Shown: positions 61,603 to 64,000 of the stretch, in pieces
Position numbering within the stretch: position 1 is the first letter of the stretch
Layout: the number at the start of each line of letters is the position of its first letter
Source: Mobula hypostoma
Taxonomy: Eukaryota
Reading direction: 5' to 3'
Assembly (NCBI RefSeq): GCF_963921235.1
Contig: NC_086109.1
Location: 6,512,001 to 6,576,000 of the forward strand
Length of the DNA: 64,000 nucleotides
Position numbers and translations under genes: made by a program
The notes under the pieces: model-generated
The model's database searches: none
The model's input: only the letters and a program-made list of their open reading frames with translations
What the model was told of the DNA's origin: nothing

Positions 61603-61954
61603 GTGAGTGGGTCCAGGCCCTGGCAGAGTCCTGGCGCCCTGTGGGTCTGACAGCTGAGGAGCCCTCTCCTTCTTCAACAGAACTCCTTCCTCTCTCCCCG
61701 ATCACTCTGTGTTCAGAGCTGTAAGGTTGGAAGAATGAACTCAGAGGATGATCACCCACCGCTCCTGGTTGGTGTCACCTCCTTGCCCTGGGACCTCACT
61801 AATTCAGGTCTTTAAAAAGTATCGTTCAATCTGTTTCACTCGGTCAGCAGGTACCAGGTTATAAACCAAAGGCTCTGACATCTATTTGTGTTAACTGTGG
61901 AGAGGGAGTGGGGAGTGGGGGAAAGAGCGCGTTGGAGGGTGGGGGGGGGGAGGG

Positions 61955-61992
61955 GGAGAGAGAGCGAGAGAGAGAGAGAGAGAGAAAGAGAA
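61955..61992. repeat. (GA)n microsatellite
   Basis: gagagagagcgagagagagagagagagagaaagaga. Confidence 0.9.
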
Positions 61993-63119
61993 ATGAAAAA
62001 TCTTCAAGCCCAATATCAGCTCAGTGTTTGGATCAAAGGTGGGTCAATGGAGCTGAGGTACATTTGGTAGCAGAAATCCCGTGGGTATGAATGTAAATAA
62101 TAGTTCTCCAATGTAGATATGAATCCTACCCCTCATTGAATGACATTCTCTTAGCAACCTGGGTCAGGACACTTCATCAGGATTGGAAAGAAAGGGGGGG
62201 TCGGCCAGTATAACCGGTTTAAGTGTCCCTTTGTGAAACTTAGTCAGCCTTCATCGTACAAGCATTGGAACTCATTTTAACCCTGTCAAGTACATTGCAG
62301 TTGCTGAACTAGTCAAATTAAGACCAGTGGTATTTTACAAGGTCTGGATAAATGGCTGTCAATCCAAGAAACACGTGTGAGACTATAGTTAATTGACGGG
62401 ATTAAAAAGATGTGGATGATTTAAGAAATTAAAATCGTGAAATGCTGAAATGGAATGGTAATGTTTGTGTCAGTGGACTGGAATGAAGGCACTGCTTACA
62501 CACACCGTTGGTCAGAAACTGCTGGAGAACTGATTTATTACAGCGTAGAGGCAGGACACGTAACTCCACACCGAACGATCCATGCAGTCCCGTTCCCGGC
62601 TCACTCACTGTTGCTCTGCAAGTCACTCTCCCTCAAGAACCCGAATAATTTTGCAAGTTCTGACTGGTTCATGTCCTGCTCAAACTATCTGGCCCTCAGC
62701 AATTTTCCAGAAGCAGATGGACATGTCTTCTGTCTGTGGGGGTTCATGGTCTGTGAACAAGTTGCTGTATTTATGGCACTGTAGTAGGGATTGACCAGAC
62801 TTAATTCCACAACTTCAACTTCCTTAATGTCAAAAAAAGCTGATCAATCTTTGCTTTCTTCTTCCTCTGGGGCCTTAGCTCTCAGTGGGGCAAAGGCCAT
62901 TGATGACCTCCCGTCTCCATCGTCTAAAGTCGATGGTGTGGTTGGAGTTCATCCATGTTTCTGTAATCACTGCACAAGGGGGACTGGCCTATACGACAAT
63001 CTGCTTTATTAAACATCATCATGTATTAAACTTTAGTTTTTGGGAGGACTTGCAAAAGTGCTGAAATAATTCACGGATCTAATTTTTGAAGTGTGAAATG
63101 GTACTGAATTGTTCGGACT

Positions 63120-63800
63120 TGGGCCAGGACAGACCCTTCGGCTCACAATGTTGTGCCAACCTTTTAACCTACTCCCCGATCAATCTAGCTTTCCACTCCG
63201 ACATAACCCTTCATTTTTATTTCATCCTAAGAGTCTATTAAATGCCCCTTATGCAAATACCTCAAGCACCACCCCTGGTAGCCTCCTTCCCGCACTCACC
63301 ACTTTCAATGTAAAAAAAATCGTACCTCTGACATCTCCCTGTACTTTCCTGCAACTACCTTAAAATTATGCCCTTACCACCCTGGGAAAAAGGCATTGGC
63401 TGTCCACTCTGTCTATGCCTCTTATCATCCTGTTCCCCTCTATCAAGTCATCTCTCATCTTCCTTCGCTCCAAAGAGAAAAGCCCTGGCTCGCTCAACCT
63501 TTCCTCATAAGACATGCTCTTTAATCCAGGCGGTATTTTGTTAAATCTCCACTGCACCATCTCCAGGCTTCCACATACTTTCTATAATGAGCTGGCTAGA
63601 ACTGAACACAATATTCCAAGTGTGGTCTAGCCAGGGTTTTATAGGGCTGCAACATTACCTCACGGCTCTTGAACTCAATCCCCTGACTAATGAAGGCTAA
63701 CACACCTTCTGCCTTCCTAGCTACCCTGTCAACTTGTGCAACATCTTTTGGGGATCTATGGACTTGGACCCCTAGATCCCTCTGTTCCTGCACACTGCTA
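63120..63800 (-). mobile_element. CR1 3' fragment
   Basis: EQRDLGVQVHRS...[36 protein letters not shown]. Confidence 0.88.
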
Positions 63801-63836
63801 AGAATCACTTCACACTTTTGGATTGAACTCTGTCTG

Positions 63837-64000
63837 TGTCATGGTCTGGATCGGGGTCCCTTTAAATTTACCTTGTTTATGTTACGATCCGGACCGTTGA
63901 TTCCCTGTTTTCTCGTGTCCCTCGACTTTGGTGATTAGAGGCAAATAAGGCTCGGCTGAACCGATAGTTTATAGTCTCCGGCTTTTAGCCGTTCGGCTCG
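63837..64000. mobile_element. Start of a second LTR related to 51852-53022 (runs off the window)
   Basis: Begins tgtcatggtctgg, identical to the first 13 nt of the solo LTR. Confidence 0.55.

Overview
Vertebrate nuclear DNA; the repeat families suggest a cartilaginous fish, probably a ray (inference). The left 39 kb holds the last 15 coding exons of sortilin (SORT1, + strand, 4479..38825). They splice in frame to 594 codons plus a stop, covering the Vps10p propeller, 10CC region, transmembrane helix and a tail ending DDSDEDLLE. The final intron uses a GC donor. Introns and downstream DNA are dense in retroelements: CR1, L1, L2 and Rex1/Babar-like LINE pieces, SINEs, a decayed full-length Tc1, MITEs and a solo LTR. 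There are also many Penelope-like (PLE) pieces whose terminal repeat carries a minimal type I hammerhead ribozyme motif; several are short fold-back insertions with 12-15 bp target-site duplications (TSDs). The right end (54.3-62.5 kb) is a rearranged local duplication with two identical tRNA-Val(CAC) genes and two copies of a CpG-rich promoter/first-exon cassette (NRF1 palindrome, RFX X-box, ATG), only the second of which keeps a GT donor. Most ORF-track entries are repeat-derived or spurious. Repeat family names come from motif recognition by eye, not database searches.
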